A DNA stretch of 64,000 bases from a virus, in the IMG/VR virus record IMGVR_UViG_3300025634_000001, positions 1 to 64,000 of that record; one strand, 5' to 3'. Of this stretch, positions 35,437 through 44,696 are shown piece after piece. A program made the position numbers and the translations under genes. Each line of letters opens with the position of its first letter. Positions within the stretch are counted from its first letter, which is position 1. The notes under the pieces were generated by a model, which had not been told where the DNA came from, searched no databases, and was given only the letters and a program-made list of their open reading frames with translations.

Positions 35437-36904
35437 GCGGCGCCGCGAGTTCCTCCGCAGGCTAGACGCGGAGGAACGTGAACGGCTGCTCGCGGTCCTC
35501 GACGCCCCCGAGCCGGGACCGCCCTGGACGCAGATCGCCCGGCCCGAGCAGCTCCCGCCCGATGGCGACTGGCTGCTGTGGCTCTACATGGCCGGCCGAG
35601 GCGCTGGCAAGACCAGGGCCGCAGCGGAATGGGTTCACGGCCGGGCGCAGGCTTACCCCGGCTGCCGCATAGCGCTGGTAGGCCGTACCCCTGCAGACGT
35701 CCGTGACGTCATGATCGAGGGCGACTCCGGCATCCTGTCTGTCGCGAGGGATGCCCGGCCCGCCTACCAGCCGACGAAGCGGCGCCTGACGTGGCCGAAC
35801 GGGTCGATGGCCTACACCTACTCGGCTGAGGTTCCCGCGCAGCTCCGGGGCCCGCAGCATCACTACGCGTGGTGTGACGAGCCCGCGTCGTGGACTGACG
35901 CCCGCAAGGGCGACGTGCTGGACACCGCGTGGAACAACCTGATGCTGGGGCTGCGGCTCGGCCGGTCGCCGCGGTGCGCGGCCACGACCACGCCGAAGCC
36001 GCTGGCGCTCATCCGCACGCTGCTCGGCCGCCCGACGACGGTCGTGACCAAGGGCAGTACCTACGACAACCTCGACAACCTCGCGCCGTCGTTCCGCGCT
36101 GAAGTGCTGGCCGCGTACGAGGGAACCCGGATCGGCCGGCAGGAACTTCTCGGGGAACTGCTCGAGGACGTCGAGGGCGCGCTGTGGACGCTGGCGCTGC
36201 TCGACGGGAACCGCGTCACGTCCGCGCCGGACATGCGGCGCATCGTCGTCAGCATCGACCCCTCTGGCGGGTCGGGCCCTGACAATGACGAGCAGGGCAT
36301 CATCGTCGCCGGCCTCGGTGTCGACGGCGAGATCTACATTCTCGCGGACAGGTCATGCCGCCTCTCGCCGCACGGCTGGGCATCGCGTGCCGTCGGCGCA
36401 TGGCAGGAGTTCAGCGCCGACCGGATCGTGGCCGAGAAGAACTACGGCGGGGACATGGTGGAGTCCACCATCCGGCAGGTCTCCAAGGTGGTCCCCGTCA
36501 AGGTCATCACCGCCTCGCGTGGCAAGGTCCAGCGGGCCGAGCCGGTCGCGGCGGCTTACGAGCAGGGCCGCGTGCATCACGTCGGGGCGATGGCCAAGCT
36601 TGAGGACCAGCTGACGACGTGGACCCCCGCTGACGGGACGAGCCCGGACCGCCTAGACGCCTTGGTGTGGGCCGTGACAGAGCTGACGGACAACTTCAGT
36701 GCCGACGCCTGGATCGCATGGGCGAAACGCAAGGCCGAGGAAGCCGCCGCCGACCGGGACGCACCCCCGGAACCCCGCGCGAACGGCGCCGTGCCCGCCG
36801 CTGAGACGCCACCCGGACCAGACGCGGACGTTGTTCCCCTCACCCCGGCTGAAGCCCGCAGGGCGGCGAGGAACGCTGCGTTCGCGGCTGGCTCGTGGAC
36901 CTAG
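35375..36904 (+). CDS. terL: terminase large subunit
   Basis: AGRGAGKT, LRGPQHHYAWCDE, TTTPKP, IDPS, SPDRLDALVW; TTG start inferred. Confidence 0.93.
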   Translation: MTPSTPASSSLRTRWQQWTPERRREFLRRLDAEERERLLAVLDAPEPGPPWTQIARPEQLPPDGDWLLWLYMAGRGAGKTRAAAEWVHGRAQAYPGCRIALVGRTPADVRDVMIEGDSGILSVARDARPAYQPTKRRLTWPNGSMAYTYSAEVPAQLRGPQHHYAWCDEPASWTDARKGDVLDTAWNNLMLGLRLGRSPRCAATTTPKPLALIRTLLGRPTTVVTKGSTYDNLDNLAPSFRAEVLAAYEGTRIGRQELLGELLEDVEGALWTLALLDGNRVTSAPDMRRIVVSIDPSGGSGPDNDEQGIIVAGLGVDGEIYILADRSCRLSPHGWASRAVGAWQEFSADRIVAEKNYGGDMVESTIRQVSKVVPVKVITASRGKVQRAEPVAAAYEQGRVHHVGAMAKLEDQLTTWTPADGTSPDRLDALVWAVTELTDNFSADAWIAWAKRKAEEAAADRDAPPEPRANGAVPAAETPPGPDADVVPLTPAEARRAARNAAFAAGSWT

Positions 36905-36913
36905 GATGCTGCC

Positions 36914-37267
36914 ATGACTGGCGGCGAGGACATGGACGCGTTCGAGGCCGAGCTAAAGCGGCGCGGTGACGCATTGCTCGCTGGCCGTAACTTCGGCTAT
37001 CCCGAGGACTACTGCGACCCCGCGTACGACGGCACTCCCGCAGGCTTCCGTGACGTGGTGATCCCGGCACGGCTCAAGGCGCTGGAGCGGTCGATCAACG
37101 AGACGTTCGCGGACCTGCTGCCGGAAGGCTGCCGGTTCGAGTACGCCCCCGTCGAACCATCGCGGACTGAGCGTGTCGCGGACCTGGTCCGCAATGGCCA
37201 CCTGAATGACGCCTCGGATCGGGTGGACTGGCGCGCAGCACTAAGCCTGCTACCCGACGAGGACTAG
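36914..37267 (+). CDS. moron-like hypothetical protein
   Basis: TAGGAT-N6-ATG between TerL and portal. Confidence 0.55.
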   Translation: MTGGEDMDAFEAELKRRGDALLAGRNFGYPEDYCDPAYDGTPAGFRDVVIPARLKALERSINETFADLLPEGCRFEYAPVEPSRTERVADLVRNGHLNDASDRVDWRAALSLLPDED

Positions 37268-37485
37268 GGCGCCGCGGCCCCCTCGCCGCCGTCTTTGACC
37301 GTCCACGTTCCCGTCTCCCGGTACTCGGCATGCTCCCGGCGGCACTCACCGCACATGACCTCATTGACGGTGCCGTGCCACGTGCACACCCACGGGACCG
37401 GCTGCGGGAGACGCGGGATCAGGTTCCACATCGGCTCGTGCGGCAGCGTGGCCACGTACCGCGCGTAGTCCTCCCGATAGCTCAT
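37264..37485 (-). CDS. antisense moron, small Cys/His protein
   Basis: CATGAT-N6-ATG; CTWHG...CGEC. Confidence 0.55.
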   Translation of the reverse strand: MSYREDYARYVATLPHEPMWNLIPRLPQPVPWVCTWHGTVNEVMCGECRREHAEYRETGTWTVKDGGEGAAAP

Positions 37486-37516
37486 CCGCCCATCATGGCA
37501 GCGAGGGGGCGGCTGA

Positions 37517-40500
37517 ATGGGCGTCCGCACTCGCATCGGGAACGGCCTGACCCGCGTGGCGAAGACCTTCGGCACGTCGGTACCGGAGTCCTTCACGCAG
37601 GGTGAAGCCGCCAGCCAGATGACCCCGGCGTCCCCGTTCAGCCCCGGCACGCCCATCGGCCCGTACGACGGCTACGACCGGCACACCCGCCAGTTCAATT
37701 TCCAGACCGGCTACAACATCAGCACCCGGCCGCGGCTTCACGAGGCAGTGTCGTTCTCCACGCTCTCTGGCTTGGTAGAGTCTTACGATGTGGCTCAAAT
37801 ATGCTGCACGCCAAAGACTGAGATCATCACCAAGCGCGGCCTCGTCCCGATTGAGGACGTAGTTGTCGGCGATGAGGTAATCACGCACCTGGGCCGCTGG
37901 CGGCGCGTAACCGAGACGATGGTCAACAGGCCGCATACTCCCGTGCGGACGATGAAGACGAGCGCGTTCGAGGATCTGTCGGTCACCGGCAACCATCCTG
38001 TCTATGCGGTTGACTATGGCCTGAGTCAGACCAATAGGCGCGCAGCCAAGGGGATCGGCTGGGTTAGCGCCGACCGGTTGCGTCCGCGAGGGCCGAAGTC
38101 CCCCGGCAACCGCCGCTTTGACGGGCTTGTACTGCCCGCGCTCGCCTTCCCAGACGGATGCCCCGTACTCGACATAGGGACGATTGCCGGGGACGCATAC
38201 ACGGCCAACCCTGACGGAATGCTGGTCCGGACCCTCGGGGGACGGCTCACGCCGGTTCCCGCTCAGGTCAAGATGGACGCCGCCCTCGGCCGGCTGCTCG
38301 GCTGGTACCTGGCCGAGGGGTCGCAGGGCCATAACCGCGACGTACATTTCACCCTGGGTGCGGGCGAGCGCGATTACGCAGAGCAGATCGTCGCCGACGC
38401 CACCGCCGTTTTCGGCCTGGGTGGCACCATTAGTCCGGTGACCGGGGGCGCCAGCCTAGGCGTCCGCATCCACTCGACTATCCTCGCGTCGCTGTTCCGT
38501 TGCGGCACTGCGCACACCAAGCGGCTGCCGGAGTGGGCGTGGGCCGGCGGCCGGGAGTTCTTCACCGCCATGCTTGAGGCGTGGGCCCTCGGTGACGGCT
38601 GCCGCAGTATCCGCGAGGGCAAGGAAAACTGGTCACCCCGCATCATGGTGATCACTGTCTCGCGGGACCTGGCCTGGCAGATGCGGATGATCGCGATCGC
38701 CCTTGGCCTGTCTGCGTCCGTGGTCACCTCGCGGGGGCGCGACAAATACAAGTCCTCCGTCATCAACGGGCGAGAGCTTGCCAGTTCACCCATCTGCTAC
38801 CGGGTGGAATGGCGAGAGAAGCCGACCCGCTGGGGCCGTGAGTCCTTCGAGTTCGATGGCCGGTACCTCGCGACCGCGCTCGTCTCCGCCGAGCAGTCGG
38901 ACTACGACGGCCCGGTCTACAACCTCGAAGTCGAGGAAGACGAGTCCTACGTCACGACCGGCGGCACTGTCCACAACTGCATCTGGCATCGCATCGACTC
39001 CATCCGGTCCCTCGACTGGAAGCTGCTCCCGGCTGAGGGCTACAAGGGCGATGTCACCGACGCGATCCCGCTGGGCCTCGCCGCGCTGAAGAAGCCTGAC
39101 CGGAAGAACTACTTCAAGACGTGGCTCGCGAAGTACCTGTACGACATCCTCGCGTGGGACGCGGGAGCGATGTACCGGCTGCGGAACCGCGGCGGCCGGT
39201 GCATCGGCCTGCAGCCGGTTGACGGCCGGACCATCGCGCCGCTGCTCGACTACTGGGGCAACTCCCCCGACGAGCCCGCCGAGGCTTACGTCCAGTACGT
39301 CAACGGCCTGCCGTGGAACTGGCTGACCCGCGCGGACCTGATCTACGAGCCGTTCCGCCCGGTGACGAATTCCCCGTACGGGCGCCCGCCGATCGAGTCC
39401 GTGATCCTCAACGCGAACACGGACCTGCGGTTCCAGGCGTACTTTTTGCAGCGTTTCACCGCCGGGAACCTTCCCGCCGCGTTCGCGTCATCGCCTGAGT
39501 CGTGGTCACCGGACCAGATCGAGCAGTTCCAGAGCTACTGGGACGCCATGCTGTACGGCGACCAGGCCGGCAAGCACCAGATCAAGTGGATGCCGGGCGG
39601 CACCAAGATCGCCTGGTCTGATGAGAAGGACTTCTCGGACCAGTTCTCGCTGTTCATGATGCGGAAGACCTGCAGCGCCTATCACGTGGTGCCATCTGAC
39701 CTGGGCTTTACCGAGTCAGTGAACCGCTCGTCTGGCGAGTCGCAGGCCGACGTGCAGCACCGTGTCGGCGACCTGCCGCTGATGGAGCATGTCGAGGAAA
39801 TCGTCTCGATGTTCCTGCAGGACGACCTGGGCCTCCCGCTGCGGCAGGAGTTCGACCGCGGCGAGGAGCAGGTTGACCAGTACGCCCAGGCGCAGGCCGA
39901 TGTGCTGTACATGGACCGCGCGGTGGTGGGCTCGTCCGAGATCCGGGAGATCCGCTACGGCCTGACCGACACGACGCCGGTCCCGCGCTCGTTCTTCACG
40001 ACCCGCGCCGGCCCCATCCCGCTGTCGTCGCTGATGGCTGTTGCCGGGGCAGTGGACCCGGTGACCGCCGCCCCGGAACCGGGCGCCCCGCTGCCTCACC
40101 AGGTGTTCGAGGAGGCTCCGGGTGTCGCCCCGAACCCGCCGCTGTACGGGCAGCCGCTCGCGGAGGAGATCTACGGCCCGTCGGCTATCCCGGCGCACAC
40201 GGAGACGCAATCCACGATGCCGGTCGCCAAGGAAGGCGAAGGCGCGGGGATCACGGCGGAGACGGGGATCTACAGCTACGACCTCGACGGCAAGGACGAC
40301 GACGAACCGCGCACGGCAGAGACCAGTCTCCTGAAGCCGGCCGACTCGCAGGCGGTCATCAAGTCTGAGCTCGCTGCTTTCCGCCGCTTTGAGCGCACCC
40401 GGCGCAAGTCTGGTGAGTGGCGGGACTTCAAGTTCAGTGCCGTCGCTGACGTGCAGGCCCACAACCTCAACGACGACGGCAGGCTCGCTGTCCGCAAGGC

Positions 40501-40594
40501 TACGGGTGAGGTGGCCGTCGCGGGGCTCGCGGTGATGGCTGCGGACACGGGACGAGTGCTGATGCTTCAGCGAGCGCTAGATCCCGAGGATTAG
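37517..40594 (+). CDS. portal protein with intein; C-terminus carries the first strands of a NUDIX domain
   Basis: Position after TerL; SPYGRPPIES, F..GNLP motifs; ends AGLAVMAADTGRVLMLQRALDPED*. Confidence 0.88.
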   Translation: MGVRTRIGNGLTRVAKTFGTSVPESFTQGEAASQMTPASPFSPGTPIGPYDGYDRHTRQFNFQTGYNISTRPRLHEAVSFSTLSGLVESYDVAQICCTPKTEIITKRGLVPIEDVVVGDEVITHLGRWRRVTETMVNRPHTPVRTMKTSAFEDLSVTGNHPVYAVDYGLSQTNRRAAKGIGWVSADRLRPRGPKSPGNRRFDGLVLPALAFPDGCPVLDIGTIAGDAYTANPDGMLVRTLGGRLTPVPAQVKMDAALGRLLGWYLAEGSQGHNRDVHFTLGAGERDYAEQIVADATAVFGLGGTISPVTGGASLGVRIHSTILASLFRCGTAHTKRLPEWAWAGGREFFTAMLEAWALGDGCRSIREGKENWSPRIMVITVSRDLAWQMRMIAIALGLSASVVTSRGRDKYKSSVINGRELASSPICYRVEWREKPTRWGRESFEFDGRYLATALVSAEQSDYDGPVYNLEVEEDESYVTTGGTVHNCIWHRIDSIRSLDWKLLPAEGYKGDVTDAIPLGLAALKKPDRKNYFKTWLAKYLYDILAWDAGAMYRLRNRGGRCIGLQPVDGRTIAPLLDYWGNSPDEPAEAYVQYVNGLPWNWLTRADLIYEPFRPVTNSPYGRPPIESVILNANTDLRFQAYFLQRFTAGNLPAAFASSPESWSPDQIEQFQSYWDAMLYGDQAGKHQIKWMPGGTKIAWSDEKDFSDQFSLFMMRKTCSAYHVVPSDLGFTESVNRSSGESQADVQHRVGDLPLMEHVEEIVSMFLQDDLGLPLRQEFDRGEEQVDQYAQAQADVLYMDRAVVGSSEIREIRYGLTDTTPVPRSFFTTRAGPIPLSSLMAVAGAVDPVTAAPEPGAPLPHQVFEEAPGVAPNPPLYGQPLAEEIYGPSAIPAHTETQSTMPVAKEGEGAGITAETGIYSYDLDGKDDDEPRTAETSLLKPADSQAVIKSELAAFRRFERTRRKSGEWRDFKFSAVADVQAHNLNDDGRLAVRKATGEVAVAGLAVMAADTGRVLMLQRALDPED
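37802..38977 (+). mobile_element. intein with LAGLIDADG homing endonuclease (392 aa)
   Basis: Starts CCTPKTEI, block B TGNHP, LLGWYLAEG and AWALGDG, ends VYNLEVE...VHN followed by Cys +1. Confidence 0.92.
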
Positions 40595-41127
40595 CGGCCA
40601 TCGGGTGCCGTCGTCCCCGCGAGGATCCCGGCCCGCACGGCTGCGTACCGGTCGACTGGCGGCCGGCGCACTGGCACCGACAGCTCCAGGATGACCGACT
40701 CCCATTCGGCGCCCTGCTCTACGGCCTCGGCGGGTACTTCGCGGGAACGGCAGGGCGCATCGACGTCATCGGCGCCCGGGTAGAAGAACCGGTCCATGTA
40801 CATCAGCGCCTCGGCGGGCAGCGCAAGCGGAATGTATCCCTGCTGGGCAACGGTGTCGATCAGCTTGTGCCGCATGTCGTGCCGGATGTGCTCGCGGTAT
40901 GCGTCGATCGCCCACTCGTGCTTGAGAGCCGCCTGCCGGATATGCAGGACGCTGTCGCTGAAGGACAGTGCTACCTCGGCGATGAGTCGGGCCTGATGCT
41001 CGGCCACGCTGATGCCCTGGAGCCACGCTGCCATCTGGACGGCCTCGGTAACGCTGTGGGCGCGCTGCCTGATGTGGGCGCACTTCTCCTGGTCCGACAT
41101 ATGAGGGTACGGAATCTCGGGTGCCAT
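40591..41127 (-). CDS. antisense moron inserted inside the NUDIX coding sequence
   Basis: TACGAT-N7-ATG; its stop overlaps the portal stop. Confidence 0.65.
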   Translation of the reverse strand: MAPEIPYPHMSDQEKCAHIRQRAHSVTEAVQMAAWLQGISVAEHQARLIAEVALSFSDSVLHIRQAALKHEWAIDAYREHIRHDMRHKLIDTVAQQGYIPLALPAEALMYMDRFFYPGADDVDAPCRSREVPAEAVEQGAEWESVILELSVPVRRPPVDRYAAVRAGILAGTTAPDGR

Positions 41128-41155
41128 GCCCTGAATCGTAGCCACGGGAGGGCGC

Positions 41156-42700
41156 ATGTCCGACCCTGCTGCGGGCAAGTTCGAATTCGCCGGCGGGCAC
41201 ATCGAAGGCGCGGAATCCCCTCGCGCCGCAGCGATAAGGGAATGGCAAGAGGAGACGGGCCTCCCGTTTGTCGATGGCGAGTTCACTGGCTCCTGGGTAT
41301 CCGCTAACGGCATCTACGAGGGCTTCGTCTACACGATCCCCCGCGAGGCCGACCTTGACATTTTCGCCCGCCAGCTCGGCACCGACCCGGACGGCGACGT
41401 AACGGGATCGGAAACGATCGCCTGGTGGGATCCGGCGACTCTGCCCGGTAACGCCGCCGTCCGGCCTGAGTTGCTACAGGACATCGACGCCGTGATGGCT
41501 GCTCTCGGCTGCGATGAGGGGGCAGCCGAGGACTGCTGCGGTGCTGAGTGCTGTGCCGGAGGGTGCTGTAACGGCTCGTCCGGATGCCAGTGCGGGACAG
41601 GCGCGACACCCGCCGAAGGTGACGAAGCCACCTGCCCGTGCGGGACGCCGGTCGTGTACGACGAGATGAACGGCTGGCAGCACGCCGACGGCTCCATCAG
41701 CCACGATGACGGCGAGTCCGTCAGCGACAAGATGGCGGCGATAGCCAAGGCTGGTGGTAGCAGCGCAGTCCCAAAAGGTGACCCGGACGACTGGTCCGGC
41801 ATCTGGGCCAGGACGCACGCGCGCCGGGAGAAGCTGCTCGCCGGGCACGAGAAAGCCGTCCTCGCCGCGTGGAACGACCTCGCGGGGGACCTGAGCCCGC
41901 GCGTTCTCGTCCGCCAGTTCAAGGCCGACGCGGGACTGGTCGCCAAGCTGGCCGACCCGGACCGGCCATGGTGGAAGGACCGCGGCAGGGACGCCGCGCT
42001 CGCGTGGCTGACCGCGATGCAGCAGCGGAAGGGCTGGGCCGCTCTCGTCGCCGCGATCGAGGCCGCCATCGCCGACGGGATGGCCGAGGGCGAAGCTGAC
42101 TCGCTCGCGGTCGCCGCTGACCGGCAGGGCGTCAAGGGCTTCCCCGTCGCCGCCGCTTTCACCGCTGCGGCGCAGGCGCTCCAGGGTGACCCGGACGTAG
42201 GCCAGAAGGCACAGGAGACCGCGCAGGGCATCCTCGGAGGCGTCGCGGCGGCCCTGTCCGTGACACTGGCGGACGGCGCCGGCAACGGCTCCAGCGACGC
42301 CGAGATGGCCGATGCGGTCACCGGCACCGTGACGGGCCCGGACGTGGCCCCGGTGAAGTACGGGCTCGCTGACGCGCTCTGGGCGGCTGCCGGCGCCGGG
42401 CTGACACGGCTCATCGGCAAGCTGCTGACGGGCACCCCGGCTCCAGCGGGAACAACCACGGAGACCGGTCCGGCTGCCCCGCCAGTTCCGCCGCCGGACG
42501 AGCCGGAACCCGGCCTCGCGATGATCAACTGGGTGTGCGAGGGCGGCAACCCGTGCGTTACCTGCCAGGACAACCAGGATGGCAGTCCGTATGCGCCGCA
42601 GGACGTGCCGGCCTATCTGGCGCATAACCACTGCATGTGCGCCCTGTACCTGGCAAGCGACGTTCCGTCATCGTTCTTCGCCGCCTACCTGCTGAACTGA
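41156..42700 (+). CDS. NUDIX-box, Cys-rich linker and MuF/gp7-like minor head protein
   Basis: GGHIEGAESPRAAAIREWQEETG; CCGAECCAGGCC; C-terminal W....PC..C..N...HNHCMC; GGGAGGG RBS. Confidence 0.8.
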   Translation: MSDPAAGKFEFAGGHIEGAESPRAAAIREWQEETGLPFVDGEFTGSWVSANGIYEGFVYTIPREADLDIFARQLGTDPDGDVTGSETIAWWDPATLPGNAAVRPELLQDIDAVMAALGCDEGAAEDCCGAECCAGGCCNGSSGCQCGTGATPAEGDEATCPCGTPVVYDEMNGWQHADGSISHDDGESVSDKMAAIAKAGGSSAVPKGDPDDWSGIWARTHARREKLLAGHEKAVLAAWNDLAGDLSPRVLVRQFKADAGLVAKLADPDRPWWKDRGRDAALAWLTAMQQRKGWAALVAAIEAAIADGMAEGEADSLAVAADRQGVKGFPVAAAFTAAAQALQGDPDVGQKAQETAQGILGGVAAALSVTLADGAGNGSSDAEMADAVTGTVTGPDVAPVKYGLADALWAAAGAGLTRLIGKLLTGTPAPAGTTTETGPAAPPVPPPDEPEPGLAMINWVCEGGNPCVTCQDNQDGSPYAPQDVPAYLAHNHCMCALYLASDVPSSFFAAYLLN

Positions 42701-43423
42701 CTAGCCCCTGGGGATGAGCTGGTCAACGCTGACGCCGTGCTCGCCGAGCCATTCCAGGACGCTGAACACGGTCCGGGGCGTGATGTCGAATGATCCCCAG
42801 CTGGCGTTCGCCTGATCCTGGGCGCGGAGGATTTCACTGACGAGCTCGTGGCGGCTCAGGAATCGCGCCGGACCGTAATCCTCCAGCCCCCACTGATCGC
42901 CATTCAGGGTCAGCGGCGCGATCTCCACCGACTCATACATGACCGGAGCGCCGAAGCGGCTCGGCGGCAGGCTGATGTCGGCTCCCGGATAGAGGGTGTC
43001 CCGGCTGAAGCGGACCTCTGCGGCGATCTCGGCGTACTTCACCGGGTGGCGGCGCAGGAACCACGGGATGAAGTAGACGCGCGGCACGATCGTGAGGATG
43101 TCGAGCGGCAGCCAGAACAGCAGATACCGGCTGAGGGGCTTCTGGAGCCACGCCGCGTGCCATTCGTCGGCCGTCTTCTTCAGGTGCTGCCACCCGCTGG
43201 CGGGCACCTTGACTGACGCCCGTTGCTTCTCGGTAACAGTCCGCCCGGACAGGATGCTGGTTGTGAACCGCAGCATCATCTCCCCGAACGCCCGGTCTCG
43301 CATCTCCTCCACCTGGAGCAAGTCCCGGCTGTAGCTGCCCACGTAGCCGAACTGCTTCGAGGTGAGTTGCATCTGCCGCTGGAAATAGCCCGGCATGCTG
43401 AGAAGCCGGTTCTCTTCGCTCAT
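42701..43423 (-). CDS. antisense moron, hypothetical protein
   Basis: CATCAT-N6-ATG; 240 aa. Confidence 0.65.
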   Translation of the reverse strand: MSEENRLLSMPGYFQRQMQLTSKQFGYVGSYSRDLLQVEEMRDRAFGEMMLRFTTSILSGRTVTEKQRASVKVPASGWQHLKKTADEWHAAWLQKPLSRYLLFWLPLDILTIVPRVYFIPWFLRRHPVKYAEIAAEVRFSRDTLYPGADISLPPSRFGAPVMYESVEIAPLTLNGDQWGLEDYGPARFLSRHELVSEILRAQDQANASWGSFDITPRTVFSVLEWLGEHGVSVDQLIPRG

Positions 43424-43441
43424 CCCGCAATGATGCCCGAC

Positions 43442-43711
43442 CTACCTGCTGTCCTGACTGGCCTTCGGCTTCCTGCCGCCGCCCGCACCCTGGCCGGGCA
43501 GCGACGCTTTCCATGCCCTGATCTCGCCCATGCGTTCCGGCAGCCAGCCGGGGATGGCTTTCTCGTCGTCTTCGTCTTCGCCGGTCCACGCGTCGGGCTC
43601 GGGGAACGGCGTGGCCGTGTCGCGGTATCGGTTGCGCCACGTGGCGACGAGGTGGCGACTAGCGCCGAGCCTGCGGCCGATGGCGGCCTGTCCGAGGTAA
43701 CGGGCGGTCAT
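43442..43711 (-). CDS. HTH DNA-binding protein
   Basis: YLGQAAIGRRLGAS..LVATWRNRY...PFPEPD...PGW; GGGAG RBS. Confidence 0.7.
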   Translation of the reverse strand: MTARYLGQAAIGRRLGASRHLVATWRNRYRDTATPFPEPDAWTGEDEDDEKAIPGWLPERMGEIRAWKASLPGQGAGGGRKPKASQDSR

Positions 43712-43756
43712 GGTTGTCACTCCCTGAGTTTACTTCTGTCGCAAAGTTTTACGCGG

Positions 43757-43996
43757 TCACCACGCCCGCCGGGTCACGGTGGGCGCGTAGCTCATCCGGG
43801 GATCGTGCTGGACTGCGTGCCGGACGCACGGGGGCAGGAACGCCGGGTCCGTGTGGTGTACCTGGACTAGCTGCCGGGCGACCGCGCATGTGCACTGCCC
43901 GGTGTCCCTGAGCTTGCCCAGGATGAATTCGGGCGTGATGCGCGCTTGCTGCTGTGCCGTGATCCATGCCGGCTGCCTGCGGTGCTTGCCGTTCAC
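43757..43996 (-). CDS. hypothetical protein
   Basis: GAGGAG RBS; follows a strong promoter. Confidence 0.5.
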   Translation of the reverse strand: MNGKHRRQPAWITAQQQARITPEFILGKLRDTGQCTCAVARQLVQVHHTDPAFLPPCVRHAVQHDPRMSYAPTVTRRAW

Positions 43997-44016
43997 TGGA
44001 TTCTCTCCTCGTCTGC

Positions 44017-44069
44017 TTAACCTCGCTTACTTATGTCTCAAGGTTAAGGCGAGGATAGGTCTATGTCAA
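44017..44069 (-). promoter_or_regulatory. housekeeping-sigma-type promoter with inverted repeat
   Basis: TTGACA-N17-TAACCT on the minus strand; CTTAACCT/AGGTTAAG inverted repeat. Confidence 0.65.
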
Positions 44070-44098
44070 CACGTGTCGCAAGGTTTTAGGGGGCATGC

Positions 44099-44323
44099 AT
44101 GGCCGCAGCCGAGTGCTCACCCTGCGGCGAGTCATTTACCGGCGTGACCAGCTTCGACGCACACCAGGACCGCGACTACTCCCGCACGCCCGCCATCATC
44201 TGCCACCCCCCGGCTGAGGCCGGTCTCGTCCTGAACGAGCACGGACGGTGGGGCTTCCCGCTCAACGAAGCCGGACGCGCCTACTTCGCATCGCTGGCAG
44301 GCAAGGGGGCATCTGATGCCTGA
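44099..44323 (+). CDS. small zinc-binding phage protein (FDxH motif)
   Basis: CSPCGESFTG..SFDAH...C.PP..AGL. Confidence 0.65.
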   Translation: MAAAECSPCGESFTGVTSFDAHQDRDYSRTPAIICHPPAEAGLVLNEHGRWGFPLNEAGRAYFASLAGKGASDA

Positions 44324-44696
44324 CGAGCCGCAAAGATACGTTTTGTCCATCGCATACAAAGCCGGGAAAGACCCGCGCATAACCAAGGGCGCTGACGGCG
44401 GCCGGGACTTCCTGACGGCCGAATCGCTGGAGCTCGCGGCGTGGAATTACCTAGCCAAGGGTGACCCGCAGGTTGGCATCGGTCACCTAGACGGCACGAC
44501 CGGCGCCGCGACTGTTGTCGAGAGCTACATCTGGCGTGGCCCTGACTGGGATCTCGGCGACGGCATCATCGTCACCAAGGGTGACTGGCTCGTCGGCATG
44601 ATCCTGGACGAGCGCAGCTGGTTTTTGGCGCAGCAAGGGAAGCTGAACGGGCTAAGTCCGCAGGGAATCGCGAGGCGACGCCGAGCCGTCCGCTAG
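44316..44696 (+). CDS. XkdF-like prohead protease domain
   Basis: DF.TAE.LE.AAW, H, VVESYI, KGDWLVG, GKLNGLSPQG. Confidence 0.8.
   Translation: MPDEPQRYVLSIAYKAGKDPRITKGADGGRDFLTAESLELAAWNYLAKGDPQVGIGHLDGTTGAATVVESYIWRGPDWDLGDGIIVTKGDWLVGMILDERSWFLAQQGKLNGLSPQGIARRRRAVR

Noticed and set aside
40591-41155. Group I/II intron or IS as the portal-NUDIX insert
   Set aside because: No intron consensus ends, terminal inverted repeats or transposase; the insert is almost entirely one antisense ORF.
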